Virus record (IMG/VR): IMGVR_UViG_3300035704_000005 | Reading direction: 5' to 3' (one strand) | DNA: 64,000 bases | Source of the DNA: an uncultured virus (IMG/VR IMGVR_UViG_3300035704_000005) | Lineage: Duplodnaviria; Heunggongvirae; Uroviricota; Caudoviricetes | Part shown: one piece after another, positions 1 through 9,064 of the stretch | Position numbering within the stretch: position 1 is the first letter of the stretch | Layout of the letters: every line of letters starts with the position of its first letter | The notes under the pieces: generated by a model | Told to the model about the DNA's origin: nothing | What the model saw: only the letters and a program-made list of their open reading frames with translations | Database searches by the model: none | Made by a program: the position numbers and the translations under genes

Positions 1-1
1 A

Positions 2-316
2 CCCACAGCACCAGGAGAGTGCCATCCGGCCTACCAGGACTACCCCTGGCTGCGCGACTGGCTCAACGGAGCACCTGGCTACAACGACAGCTACCGCATG
101 AAGATAGCCAGGATGCCTCGCTTGAGCCTAGATCTGGCAGGCGGCTCTGCCAGTGAACCTGATTTACCTATGCACACCCTCACCAAGGAGAAAGCCGCCG
201 GGCTGGCCCCATACGTAGGTGACCCATTTATGTACGTGTGGTATGTGGCTACCGACGAGTTGGGCAGGTCCGTCGCAGGCGACGCGCACATTCGTCACTG
301 CACGCCTGGTTTTTAG
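2..316 (+). CDS. hypothetical protein, 5' partial
   Basis: Frame of ORF 98..316 is open back to the window edge (PTAPGECHPAYQDYPWLRDW...); converges on the next gene. Confidence 0.5.
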   Translation, partial: PTAPGECHPAYQDYPWLRDWLNGAPGYNDSYRMKIARMPRLSLDLAGGSASEPDLPMHTLTKEKAAGLAPYVGDPFMYVWYVATDELGRSVAGDAHIRHCTPGF

Positions 317-540
317 CCCCCATCGTAGTCTCTGGTTATGTCCGCGGTTGTTATGATTTCCGCACCTCGGAGCAAACCAAGTTGAGTCACCCAATCGGTA
401 TCATCGGTGGCTGATATAGATATACCGACGTGCCCGGATTCCATATCCTTAACTCGGACCACGAGCACAGCCTCGATAATAACATCATGCCGATTGAGCT
501 TGAGTGCCCGCACAAGCTCTTGCACTTCTTCTGTTGTCAT
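313..540 (-). CDS. hypothetical protein
   Basis: 75 aa ORF in a tightly packed leftward run. Confidence 0.65.
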   Translation of the reverse strand: MTTEEVQELVRALKLNRHDVIIEAVLVVRVKDMESGHVGISISATDDTDWVTQLGLLRGAEIITTADITRDYDGG

Positions 541-546
541 CTGGGG

Positions 547-1065
547 TCACCCATAGGAGCAGTTTAGATGCCAGCCGGGCTCTTCACCCTCAGGCACAGG
601 TAACTCAAGCAACTTCATGAATTGTAGTAATTTCTCTCGCCAATCCGGACCAACCTCAAGCGGTTGTACTCTGATTGAGCCCCAACTGTCTACTTCCTGT
701 ACTGAAGATGACACTCGAACACAATACCGCGGCACGTCCTCAGAGCCATAGCTGTCCAGCTCAACAAGGTACTCATCGGCTAACCTATGCATCTCGCTAC
801 GATTGGCCGACCAAGCTAGGTATGCTGGAGACTGCCGGAAAGCCTCCTTCTCTTCAATCGAAGCAGTGTAGGGCGGCCATTCTCCTACCCCTGGCATCTC
901 TTTCCAACCCAGCCGGGTAGCCAGCTCTTCTTTCCAGTCCCGCTCAGTATCACCCTCCTCTTCGTCATACATCCACGCGGGTTTCAACGAATCCCAAGTG
1001 TTTTGGTCTGTCATATCACCGAGGTCAAAACCCCAATACAAACTAGCTGACGGCGATAATCCCAT
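547..1065 (-). CDS. hypothetical protein
   Basis: 172 aa ORF, GGGGTGAG SD-like site upstream, packed with neighbours. Confidence 0.75.
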   Translation of the reverse strand: MGLSPSASLYWGFDLGDMTDQNTWDSLKPAWMYDEEEGDTERDWKEELATRLGWKEMPGVGEWPPYTASIEEKEAFRQSPAYLAWSANRSEMHRLADEYLVELDSYGSEDVPRYCVRVSSSVQEVDSWGSIRVQPLEVGPDWREKLLQFMKLLELPVPEGEEPGWHLNCSYG

Positions 1066-1075
1066 TATCTCACCC

Positions 1076-1342
1076 CTATCTCATCTCCAACACCGCGACA
1101 GCTAGCGCCATCGTTGATTGATCCGCGCCGAGAGAGCCACTAACCTCGGACAGCCGTCGCTGCTCGGCAGCGGTAGCCAACACAGCGGCGACGGCAATCC
1201 CAAGCAATCCCGGCAACCGACGTTCGGCAACGGCACTGGCGTCGCGGTAGAGCTGCAATGCACTGGTGCGGTGGGAGACGTGCCTAGTCGCGGCATGAGT
1301 TAGGCCGACCAGCCGGACCAGCTCATGATTCTCAATGCTCAC
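1076..1342 (-). CDS. hypothetical protein
   Basis: GTGA overlap with the upstream gene; Ala-rich helical sequence. Confidence 0.6.
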   Translation of the reverse strand: MSIENHELVRLVGLTHAATRHVSHRTSALQLYRDASAVAERRLPGLLGIAVAAVLATAAEQRRLSEVSGSLGADQSTMALAVAVLEMR

Positions 1343-1602
1343 GATAACTTAACACCTAGTTCAGTCTCCCGCATGGTTTTCTCACGCTCCATAGCATCAG
1401 CCAGTGCCTTAAAGTACTCCGCTTCGGTGAAAACCCTTTTCTCTATCAACAGTGTGGCCAACGCGCCTTGATCACTCTTTGTGAGGTCAATACCGACGCG
1501 CAAATGTTTGGGCTCCGTTTCAGGCCCCATAGTGAAAGCTACGGCCGACTGCACCGCATGCGCCGCAGCCATATATCGTTTCCGGTCTTCTTCTAGTGAC
1601 AT
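1339..1602 (-). CDS. hypothetical phage protein
   Basis: MSLEEDRKRY...EPKHLRVGID...; translationally coupled to neighbours. Confidence 0.7.
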   Translation of the reverse strand: MSLEEDRKRYMAAAHAVQSAVAFTMGPETEPKHLRVGIDLTKSDQGALATLLIEKRVFTEAEYFKALADAMEREKTMRETELGVKLS

Positions 1603-1604
1603 CC

Positions 1605-1850
1605 TCAATCCTTAATCCCATATTTGCCGTCACCGAGGTTCTCCCACACCCCAATTTGGATATACAGCGGTGAATAGCCACCCGGCTCACGAGCATCTCG
1701 TGGTGAGTCATCCAGCGCATAGACGTAGCCCGATTGCCCGATCCAACCAACTTGAGCCATCACAGCGCCCGAATCCCTCGGCAACCGTTGGCCCTGCTTG
1801 CTCATGCGAAGCACCGGCATAGCATCGCGCAATACCTGACCCTGCTTCAT
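1605..1850 (-). CDS. hypothetical protein
   Basis: Start moved to ATG 1850 (MKQGQV), which has an AAGGA SD and an ATGA overlap. Confidence 0.6.
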   Translation of the reverse strand: MKQGQVLRDAMPVLRMSKQGQRLPRDSGAVMAQVGWIGQSGYVYALDDSPRDAREPGGYSPLYIQIGVWENLGDGKYGIKD

Positions 1851-2014
1851 TCGGTTTCCTTCCACCCTCCACCATCGTTGATCATGAGTTGGCCGTCCGG
1901 CAGCTCGCTCTCCGAGATCTGCCGGTTGCTGGCATAACCAGCCACGATGAGGACGAGCCCCATCGGTGAAAGCCTGCCCCACCAAGGCACCTGCGGTGAG
2001 GGCGGTGCGGACAC
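1847..2014 (-). CDS. small hypothetical protein (55 aa, not in ORF track)
   Basis: AGGAGG SD, GTG start (MSAPPSPQVPWWGRL...), stop overlaps the next ATG. Confidence 0.6.
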   Translation of the reverse strand: MSAPPSPQVPWWGRLSPMGLVLIVAGYASNRQISESELPDGQLMINDGGGWKETE

Positions 2015-2108
2015 GGATCCTCCTGTCGATCATGAAAACGAGCCTCTGAGCGCCTCTGAGAGCCTCGCTGGCCACCGGGGGCTAGGCAACCACCCTCGCG
2101 AAGGGCTC

Positions 2109-2402
2109 CTAGCGCCTCCTGGCGGGCTGTGGGGGCTCAGGCGGCCGTGGCCGCCGCGGTGGGGCCAGCAGCGGAATGCGGGTACTGGCCTTGGCGACCT
2201 CGACCCGCAGCAGGGCCAGCTCCTTGCGGATGCCCTCCAGCGCGGTAACCACCCGGCTCAGCGGGTCCGGGGCGCCCGGATCGAAGACCTGGGGGTTATC
2301 CGGAGGTGGCCCGATGTTCTGCACCGAGGTTGCCCCTTTCTCGTCAATGAGCGAATACGGCACGCCGTCTATCCACGTAGGCACCCTATCCCAGCGAGTC
2401 AT
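2109..2402 (-). CDS. hypothetical protein, Pro-rich C-terminus
   Basis: 97 aa ORF with GAGGG SD. Confidence 0.6.
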   Translation of the reverse strand: MTRWDRVPTWIDGVPYSLIDEKGATSVQNIGPPPDNPQVFDPGAPDPLSRVVTALEGIRKELALLRVEVAKASTRIPLLAPPRRPRPPEPPQPARRR

Positions 2403-2558
2403 ATCCCTCTACATCTCGTACTTTCACTACGATAACTCCTGTAGGCCACGCCTTGCACCAAGCGTCATACTCCGCAGGTGTCCAAAAAGCCGCGATTTCC
2501 CGCGGAACGTGCCCACCCTGCCGGCAGGCCCATGCCTCAAGCGCCGGACCCGGCTCGT

Positions 2559-2801
2559 TCATAGCGTGATTTCCCTTCGTCCAACACAGATATCCAATAT
2601 CGCGTGCCCATCTCGCCGAACCACCACACCTAGCCCATCGGCACGAACCTCAAGCAACATCCAGCCCGGATCTTTGAGCAAACAAGGGGTTTTACCCCGG
2701 TACTTATCGCGCGTCTCGTCATCAGGGAATGCGGTCACCTCATGGAAGCGACCGGAAAAACCAAGGGCGGCGAATGCGGCTGGCACAGCTATGGATGTCA
2801 T
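2559..2801 (-). CDS. hypothetical protein
   Basis: GGGAGG SD, ATGA overlap. Confidence 0.65.
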   Translation of the reverse strand: MTSIAVPAAFAALGFSGRFHEVTAFPDDETRDKYRGKTPCLLKDPGWMLLEVRADGLGVVVRRDGHAILDICVGRREITL

Positions 2802-3142
2802 AACCTCCCCTCCAAAACCTCAGCCGCCAACTCTTCCAGCTGAATCCCGCATTGCTCGAACCATCGGGCTATGGCTGGCCGACTCGTCCAGACCTTTGCC
2901 CCGGTATGCATGATGTCTGCATACCGCCGAAGCTGGGCTGCGTCGATCTGCTGAGCTTGCTTGATCTGTACCGCGCTGAACTCGTTGACCGCATCGCTAG
3001 CGCACTCACGGCACATATCGTGGATACGATCACCGAGGGAGACTTTCTCCGTGGCTTCGTTGGGGCATGTGTAGGGCACTTCTTGCATCCCTGCCGCGAT
3101 GCTCTCCATCTCGCGTACGCGTTGCTGCCCGCAGATAGGCAT
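2798..3142 (-). CDS. hypothetical protein with Cys motifs
   Basis: Start MPICGQQ with AGGAG SD; C..C..CRECA putative Zn ligands. Confidence 0.65.
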   Translation of the reverse strand: MPICGQQRVREMESIAAGMQEVPYTCPNEATEKVSLGDRIHDMCRECASDAVNEFSAVQIKQAQQIDAAQLRRYADIMHTGAKVWTSRPAIARWFEQCGIQLEELAAEVLEGRL

Positions 3143-3435
3143 CAGATCAAATCTCCTTTCTTGTTGATAGCCCATACCCGTGGCAGGGGCTCTAGGCCGT
3201 CGTAGACCGTGCACGGGCACGGCACCCAAACATAATCACAGCCGTATTCCGTGTCTGCTTTGATTTGCCGGATCTGGCCGTGACAAACCTTCCCGTCTTC
3301 GTGGATGCCGAATCCGTGGGAGCACGAGCACACGGCCGCCACGCTGCCGGGCTTCTTGGGTCTGCGCACCAGGCTGCCGATGGTGGATCCGATCGCGCTG
3401 CCGATCGCAGCTCCGAGGATGGTTTCAAGGATCAT
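3142..3435 (-). CDS. membrane-anchored Cys/His-rich protein
   Basis: Hydrophobic N-terminus (MILETILGAAIGSAIG), then CSCSH..H..C..CPC. Confidence 0.65.
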   Translation of the reverse strand: MILETILGAAIGSAIGSTIGSLVRRPKKPGSVAAVCSCSHGFGIHEDGKVCHGQIRQIKADTEYGCDYVWVPCPCTVYDGLEPLPRVWAINKKGDLI

Positions 3436-3620
3436 GACTCGGCCTGCCGGGATCCGGCCGCGGGCTCGTTGGCGTCGAGCCATTCCATCGTGATGATTCG
3501 CAGAAGCGTGGCTGGCTTGATGTACCGGCGCTGGGCGGCCGAGAGCAGACGGGCCTTGTCCGAAGGCCTCAGGAGCGTCTGAGTGAGCGAGGTGAGAGCC
3601 TCTGGTATTCGATCATCCAT
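3432..3620 (-). CDS. ribbon-helix-helix DNA-binding protein (putative)
   Basis: TQTLLRPSDKARLLSAAQRRYIKPATLLRIITMEWL fits the RHH strand-helix-helix pattern; lies beside the putative origin. Confidence 0.6.
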   Translation of the reverse strand: MDDRIPEALTSLTQTLLRPSDKARLLSAAQRRYIKPATLLRIITMEWLDANEPAAGSRQAES

Positions 3621-3665
3621 GTGGTGATCATATCACACAATCCCCTAGTTTCCGCAAGGCCCAAT

Positions 3666-4004
3666 GCTCTGACCTGGGCTAATGCCGCAGCGTTCCAACA
3701 CGGTGGAACGATGTTGGAACACATAACCGCAGGTCAAGGCACGTTGGAACGATTCCAACGATTCCAACACCCTCCCCGTTCGGGGGAGAAATATTGTAAA
3801 TATTGTAGTATATTCTCGCGCTAATAAAAATACATAGTACAACGAAGTTAAATTATAAAGAGACTATTTTATTATTACCCTCGGTAATCTATAATATTAT
3901 AAATATTGGGCTCTGGCCGCGGGTGGACGGTGGAACGGTTCCAACGGTTCCAACGCGCTCTGACCTGCGGAAACACGTTCCACCACCCGTTCCAACGTTG
4001 GAAC
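3666..4004. repeat. putative replication origin: 12 octamer iterons around an AT-rich core
   Basis: GTTCCAAC/GTTGGAAC-type octamers at 3692, 3702, 3713, 3743, 3752, 3761 and 3929, 3938, 3947, 3977, 3989, 3997; AT-rich core ~3789-3907; inverted pair CCGCAGGTCA (3727) / TGACCTGCGG (3961); directly downstream of prim-pol. Confidence 0.7.
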
Positions 4005-4060
4005 ACAACTTGCCCAAAACGGACACGGAATTTACTTAAATCGGACACTCGACTTCCACC

Positions 4061-4108
4061 AAAAATAAAAAATTGGTCACACCCTATTACAGAGCGTGAC
4101 CAATTTTT
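4061..4108 (-). terminator. intrinsic terminator of the prim-pol gene
   Basis: 13-bp inverted repeat 4068-4080/4096-4108; the inner stem closes with G-U pairs only on the minus-strand RNA, followed by UUUUUUAUUUUU. Confidence 0.75.
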
Positions 4109-4118
4109 ACACCTCAAA

Positions 4119-6425
4119 TTACTCAAACGGGACATCTCCAATCATAAATTTTCCCTCCACCTCAACAATCCAGCTGCGCTCAACCGCTAATTCTATGGAT
4201 TTGCGCAAGTAAACGCGATGTTTTGAGGCAACTGCATGCACCAAATCACGATGCGGCACCGATCGACCAAGTTTTTGCAGCCGTCGCACGATCGTGCCAG
4301 CGACGTTAACCACCTCAACCCCGTAGGTCTTCCGGATCTGGTCGGCCTCGCCCATCTGAGCCGCCTGCGTCCGGCGCTCCACCGCGGTCCGCTCTTCGTC
4401 CAGCTCGATCAGTTCATCCCGGACCGCGCAGCTAGCCGCGTACAGCTCGCAGCCCAGCTGCCAATCATCCATGGTGATCACCGACCGGCCTTCGATCAGG
4501 CAGGCCAGCCCCGCCAGCTTGGCCACCACAACGGGCTTCTGAGAGTCGTAATCGTCTTCCGCGTCGTCTTCGTCCGCAGCGTCGCGCTCGTCGCTCTCGC
4601 GCTGAATCAGAGCCGCTACTGCGGGCTCTACATGCACGAGATGCTGTGTCTTCCCGCCGGGCAGAGTCGCCGTAGGCAGAGTTGTGACGCGGGGCAGCAC
4701 AAAGCTCGGCACTTCAGGTACGCCGGGCTCTGTCGTCGGCTGCCGCCGGGCGGAGAACCACAAGAACCGCTGAGCCATGCCTGTTGAAGTATCCCGCACG
4801 ATCCGCATAGCCGTGCTGGGCTGGTAGCCCACGATCAGCGAGATGGTGTACTGCCCACGGGGAATGTTACGTTCCCGGTCGCTGTCCGCATTAGCATTGC
4901 CGAGTTGCTGGTCTGAGAACATAGCCCGCATAACTGCACCAACCGAAGCCCCGTCTCGGAGCATCCCGGCATTGAGTGCCGCGCCTTCATCGATATGAAA
5001 TATAGCGTTGTGCCGAACTTGCTTCTTGACTTTCACATCATTACCGGTCATCGGATCTGTAGTGATCTCCCAACCCATCAGCTTCTCGGTAATTCCCTCA
5101 CCCGTGGGTACTGGGTAGATAGGCGCCGCATCAACCGGCGCAAACTCGTCACAAGCCATACCCCAGGCGCTTGATTTCCCTCGGCCTGACTTGCTCACAA
5201 GCCCAACAAGCAACGAGAAACCGATTGGCCGCCGGATGCCCGTTGCGATCTTGACGTTATGCGGCACACTAGCGGCGTAAATGCCCAGCGCCGCACCAAG
5301 CACGCCGTCAGGGCTGTCCGAGGTGCCCCGCGATCGGTCTCTGACAGCTTTCAACCAGCCCCGCCGCTCCCAAACCTCATCCGGAATGAGCGGCAGTTTC
5401 CTGCCATTGTTACTGCTTTTTTTATCATCTTCATTGCCCGTGCCCCCAGGCCTATCTTTTGGGCGGTTCACCGGCCGTGGTTTCTCAACCTTAATCGGCT
5501 GGGCCGATCCGTCGTCTAAGCCTTGTTGAATCCACAGCAAGTCATCCTGGTTTGGCCAAGTCGGACGAGCGGGAATACTCGCATTGACGATGGCTTGTGT
5601 GAGGGCAAGCTGCGCTTCGTCATAGGTGAGGTGACCTCCCCCGACGTACCCACCTATCTCATAGGATGCATCGCGTAGCGTGTCCCGGAATCCTGCCCAG
5701 CCCCGGCGCGCGTGGTCGGTGACCGAGTCGAGACGCATCCGGATACGACCGTTGACCAGCTCGATACCGAGGCCTGGTACGAAGAAATCATCGGACTTGA
5801 AAGGGTTCGCGGTCGGCTTCTTCTTAGCCTCAGGCTTCTCCGTGAGGAACTGCACCCAGGGAAACGGCAGCGTCGCTAGGTCGGTCTCGCTGGGTGGTGT
5901 GACCGCGGGAATCCAGCCCGGCGCGTACCAACGGTAGGTAGCGTGGGTTTTGGGGTGTGTACTCGGCCAGACAACGGCGTAGCGCCAGGAGCGCCGGATC
6001 ACATCAATATCGGCCCCGATGTCGTTACGCCACGTCAGGCCGCCGGGCACTCGGAAGACTCGGATACCGCTGCCGCTGCCGTCCTCGCGCGACGTGCTCA
6101 CCCAGGTAGGCGGTAGCTGCCCCAGCTGAGCTTCTAGGCCCGCCAGCGTCTGCCCGCCGCGCTTTCCCTCATAGGCGTCAACGTCGAGCCCCAGCGTGGT
6201 GTCAGAGAGCCGGAGAGCGATGTTCCCGCCGGGGTGTGTGGACACCCACCGCTGCACATCCGCTTGGGTCGGATAACGGCCGGTCTCCCCCGTGAATCCT
6301 GAGGGCGGTTCGGTCTTCGCGCCGGGCGGCAGGGGCAAGACCCCCAACCAGCCACGTTGCACGTACGTCCACGCTGCGGCCCCGTAGACCTGGGGCAGCT
6401 GTTGCGGCTGCATGGCGCTACTCAC
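4119..6425 (-). CDS. bifunctional DNA primase/polymerase fused to a P-loop ATPase/helicase (DUF3987-like)
   Basis: N-terminal prim-pol motifs (GWLGVLPL, NIALRL..LGLDVD, YAVVWPSTHP..YRW); Walker A-like SKSGRGKS and Walker B HIDEG. Confidence 0.85.
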   Translation of the reverse strand: MSSAMQPQQLPQVYGAAAWTYVQRGWLGVLPLPPGAKTEPPSGFTGETGRYPTQADVQRWVSTHPGGNIALRLSDTTLGLDVDAYEGKRGGQTLAGLEAQLGQLPPTWVSTSREDGSGSGIRVFRVPGGLTWRNDIGADIDVIRRSWRYAVVWPSTHPKTHATYRWYAPGWIPAVTPPSETDLATLPFPWVQFLTEKPEAKKKPTANPFKSDDFFVPGLGIELVNGRIRMRLDSVTDHARRGWAGFRDTLRDASYEIGGYVGGGHLTYDEAQLALTQAIVNASIPARPTWPNQDDLLWIQQGLDDGSAQPIKVEKPRPVNRPKDRPGGTGNEDDKKSSNNGRKLPLIPDEVWERRGWLKAVRDRSRGTSDSPDGVLGAALGIYAASVPHNVKIATGIRRPIGFSLLVGLVSKSGRGKSSAWGMACDEFAPVDAAPIYPVPTGEGITEKLMGWEITTDPMTGNDVKVKKQVRHNAIFHIDEGAALNAGMLRDGASVGAVMRAMFSDQQLGNANADSDRERNIPRGQYTISLIVGYQPSTAMRIVRDTSTGMAQRFLWFSARRQPTTEPGVPEVPSFVLPRVTTLPTATLPGGKTQHLVHVEPAVAALIQRESDERDAADEDDAEDDYDSQKPVVVAKLAGLACLIEGRSVITMDDWQLGCELYAASCAVRDELIELDEERTAVERRTQAAQMGEADQIRKTYGVEVVNVAGTIVRRLQKLGRSVPHRDLVHAVASKHRVYLRKSIELAVERSWIVEVEGKFMIGDVPFE

Positions 6426-6455
6426 CTCCTACCCTTTCTGAAACCCTATTTGCGT

Positions 6456-6701
6456 TCACAGCAATGGCCCCGCAGCCCGGCGCTCAGCCATCTTGGCTTC
6501 ACCGGAAGCCATCTCCTGTGCTATCGAAATCACTAAGAGCTGAAAATCTGGGTCTTCAGCAACTCGGCCTGCCACCTTCGTATAGATAGCTAGGACTTCG
6601 AGCCCATCCATTGCGCCTGGTATGCGGGCAAGACCCGCGGCATGCAACTCCGCCCACAGTTTCTGAGCGGCCCGCTGCCGAATCTCCTCAATCTTCACCA
6701 C
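6456..6701 (-). CDS. hypothetical protein
   Basis: Packed leftward ORF. Confidence 0.6.
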   Translation of the reverse strand: MVKIEEIRQRAAQKLWAELHAAGLARIPGAMDGLEVLAIYTKVAGRVAEDPDFQLLVISIAQEMASGEAKMAERRAAGPLL

Positions 6702-6704
6702 TAC

Positions 6705-6896
6705 CTACTTCCTGCTCAGCAGTTTGACCCTCGGCCTCATCCAGACTCCATACGTGACCCTCTGGCATTTCACCTCGACTGGAATACCAAAGCTTAAAAG
6801 CCGTTCCACTATCCGGTTAGCCTCGTCCTCGCTGGCCGTGGGGCTGATGATGCCGCTCGCCAGGTAACAAACCCCGTACCGAATCTCAGTCTTCAC
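6705..6896 (-). CDS. hypothetical protein
   Basis: Packed leftward ORF overlapping the upstream stop. Confidence 0.55.
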   Translation of the reverse strand: MKTEIRYGVCYLASGIISPTASEDEANRIVERLLSFGIPVEVKCQRVTYGVWMRPRVKLLSRK

Positions 6897-7302
6897 AGTG
6901 CACCCGATTAGGATCTAGCCTCTCCATTTCGATAGCGAAGGTGATAACCGCGTAGACAGCCGCGTCTAGGTAGGTGTCGGCAACCGACTCGTTGGCGGTG
7001 TCGTGAATCCGGCCATTCTTGCGCAGCGAATGCAACCTAATGAGCTTCTGAATAACGTTGAATAGTGCCGCCTCGGTAGCTCCGAAGCCGGGAATACCGA
7101 GTAGCTCCGAGGTCATCCGGAAGTTAGAGAACGGGTCGCCGTCGAGCGCGTAATCCTTGCGCTTACGTCGGTTCGTCTCAACGATGGAGATAAGCTGCTT
7201 CTCGAATGGGTCGTTAGGATTGAGGGTGACCGCGGGCTTAGAGGCTTGAGGAACAATTGAACCGGCTCCTGTGATGAATGGAGGTGCTGAATTATGCGTC
7301 AT
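6886..7302 (-). CDS. DUF1599 / nucleotide-modification-associated domain 1-like protein
   Basis: KRKDYA..DPFSNF...KLIRL...NESVADTYLDAAVYAVI pattern; AAGGAG SD before ATG 7302. Confidence 0.65.
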   Translation of the reverse strand: MTHNSAPPFITGAGSIVPQASKPAVTLNPNDPFEKQLISIVETNRRKRKDYALDGDPFSNFRMTSELLGIPGFGATEAALFNVIQKLIRLHSLRKNGRIHDTANESVADTYLDAAVYAVITFAIEMERLDPNRVHCED

Positions 7303-7352
7303 TAGTAATCTCCTTATGCTGTAAGCGTCTGAGATTGCAACTGTTAGGTAAT

Positions 7353-7709
7353 TCACCATGCCCTGCTATCCGCGGAGATAGCAACGGCCGCTCGGCCGTC
7401 AGGCAGTGAAATATGGGTAACCCACCGCCCGTACTTGTCTGATTCTTTGTTAGCTTGTGTCTCGATGTACGCTAAGTCGGTAATCACTGTGTAAGTACCG
7501 GGGGCTCCTTCTTGGCAGCCGCACGAGCAGAGTTGCACTCCGCTGTATCCCGTGTAATGCGGCCCGATGCTCTTATGCCAACCAACAATGGTGATACCCC
7601 GGTCATGCTGTACTGCCAATTCCGCCACCATGGTAAACAGTGCTTGTTTATACACCGGAGGTAGCTGAGTTGCCGGGATGAAGTCGGGCACCTCTTGGCC
7701 AGGAAACAT
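7353..7709 (-). CDS. hypothetical protein
   Basis: GGAGGTG SD, TGATG overlap. Confidence 0.65.
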   Translation of the reverse strand: MFPGQEVPDFIPATQLPPVYKQALFTMVAELAVQHDRGITIVGWHKSIGPHYTGYSGVQLCSCGCQEGAPGTYTVITDLAYIETQANKESDKYGRWVTHISLPDGRAAVAISADSRAW

Positions 7710-8134
7710 CAGGGCTTCACCTCCACCGAATCAGCACCCGCTTGGAATCCCGCATCATAGACAGCTTTGCCTATTTGCATGAATCGTTCTTTGACATCGC
7801 GGCCGAGGTCTTCCCACATAGCGAAAGCCCAGCCCTCAGCCCACAGATCGCGGGCCAACCGGCCGAGGTCTTCCCGCGGGTCAGGTGGCGGCCGTGTGCC
7901 GTCACAGAGCCCCTGGGTGATCCAATTTCTGTCGTCGGCGTTGGGGATGTGCCCGGCATCCCAGATGGCCTTGGTCAGGGCCTGCTTGGCTTCGTAGTAG
8001 GCCAGCCGGTTAGCAGCGACCTCGGCACCCAGAGCGTGCGCAGCGGCCAGCAGCGTGGACCTGAAGCCCTCCCAGCCGGTCTTGGCATGCCGGGTCACCG
8101 CTTTGAGTTGCAGGAGCGACGCATCAGTCCACAT
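7709..8134 (-). CDS. stand-alone paralog of the prim-pol central helical domain
   Basis: N-terminal ~80 aa align by eye with prim-pol residues encoded at ~5510-5745. Confidence 0.75.
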   Translation of the reverse strand: MWTDASLLQLKAVTRHAKTGWEGFRSTLLAAAHALGAEVAANRLAYYEAKQALTKAIWDAGHIPNADDRNWITQGLCDGTRPPPDPREDLGRLARDLWAEGWAFAMWEDLGRDVKERFMQIGKAVYDAGFQAGADSVEVKP

Positions 8135-8603
8135 CGTTTACCTCACTAGGCTTCATTTTGTCCCAAGGGATCTTGCCTTTTGGTGTCCAGAAACGAAACC
8201 GACGCTGGCGCTTGCCGGTCAATACCACAGTCATCAGGCCGTCAGTCGCTAGCACGATTTTGTGTGCCGACTCAACACCCATCCGGTGAACAGACCAGCG
8301 ATGATGCGCGAATTGAAGAGGAGGAATGCCGAGGTCAAAATGTCGTTCAGTCGGCCACACTTCTTCCCAGTACCCGCCACGCACCACCCAAGACCAGAAG
8401 CCCCAAGGGTGATCGTGAGGGTGTCGGCCGGTGTCCGCTTCATTGATCCAGTGCACAAACACACTGAACCAAGGAGTATTGACGACACGCAGCCGCCGGA
8501 GATAGACCTGCCCCTCATTCACCTGAGAGGGGATGTCGGCCCATTTCCAGAAAGCCCACAGATTCCCGGTAGGGTGCCCGTACTTAACCGGCATGTCAGC
8601 CAT
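8124..8603 (-). CDS. cupin-fold phage protein
   Basis: YLRR...HDHPWGFWSWVVRGGYWEE...H cupin metal-binding pattern. Confidence 0.7.
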   Translation of the reverse strand: MADMPVKYGHPTGNLWAFWKWADIPSQVNEGQVYLRRLRVVNTPWFSVFVHWINEADTGRHPHDHPWGFWSWVVRGGYWEEVWPTERHFDLGIPPLQFAHHRWSVHRMGVESAHKIVLATDGLMTVVLTGKRQRRFRFWTPKGKIPWDKMKPSEVNDVD

Positions 8604-8790
8604 TGGTTTTCACCCGCGCATCAAACAACCGGCGGCAAGCTGCACAATCGTCAGGCCCCTTGACCTCAGGATTGCTGCCATCTAGCGAGCCGGTGTATGC
8701 CCACTTTCCGCAGAGAGCTTTGTCTTCTACGAAGTAGTGCGCTTTGCGGGCAAGGCCAGGAAAACCCCAGCCCTCTTTCAGATTACTCAC
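8596..8790 (-). CDS. small Zn-finger protein
   Basis: KAHYF..ALCGKW...DDCAAC. Confidence 0.7.
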   Translation of the reverse strand: MSNLKEGWGFPGLARKAHYFVEDKALCGKWAYTGSLDGSNPEVKGPDDCAACRRLFDARVKTNG

Positions 8791-9064
8791 TGCTTATCCC
8801 CTCCTCTTCGTCATCATCATCTACTCCATCGTATTGGAGTGTGCAGTTGTTACAGAGGTAGCCGTCGATACCTTCAGGAGCGGCATACAGGTGCGCGTCA
8901 CAGAACCAGTGCCCGCAGCCGTGCTCGTCGGCCCTTCCCGGTGCCATGCCGCACAGATAGCTGAGCCCGCGGTCAATCTTGGTCGTGCACCCGTCCTCAA
9001 AGCAGGCATCTTCGACGGCATAGCCGCCTGGCCCCATAGGAGTCTCATACCATGCATATCCCAT
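8783..9064 (-). CDS. Cys-rich hypothetical phage protein
   Basis: GYAV...C...GC...IDRGLSYLCG...GCGHWFC..HL; GGAGG SD. Confidence 0.75.
   Translation of the reverse strand: MGYAWYETPMGPGGYAVEDACFEDGCTTKIDRGLSYLCGMAPGRADEHGCGHWFCDAHLYAAPEGIDGYLCNNCTLQYDGVDDDDEEEGISSE

Noticed and set aside
2176..2913. 245-aa plus-strand ORF and similar long antisense ORFs (e.g. 10523..11254, 19613..20392, 23488..24342)
   Set aside because: Shadows of better-supported genes with SDs, coupling and recognisable motifs; common in GC-rich DNA.
3692..4004. CRISPR array suggested by GTTCCAAC/GTTGGAAC repeats
   Set aside because: Repeats are 8 bp, in both orientations and irregularly spaced, with no repeat-spacer period and no cas genes.
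3621..4190. ORFs 3621..3824, 3645..3842, 3875..4141 and 3906..4190
   Set aside because: They translate the iteron and AT-rich region, lack SD sites and have atypical composition.
8827..8854. Minus-strand near match to TGTAAC-N17-CGATA (CGATG)
   Set aside because: One mismatch and inside a coding region of a coupled operon; likely chance.
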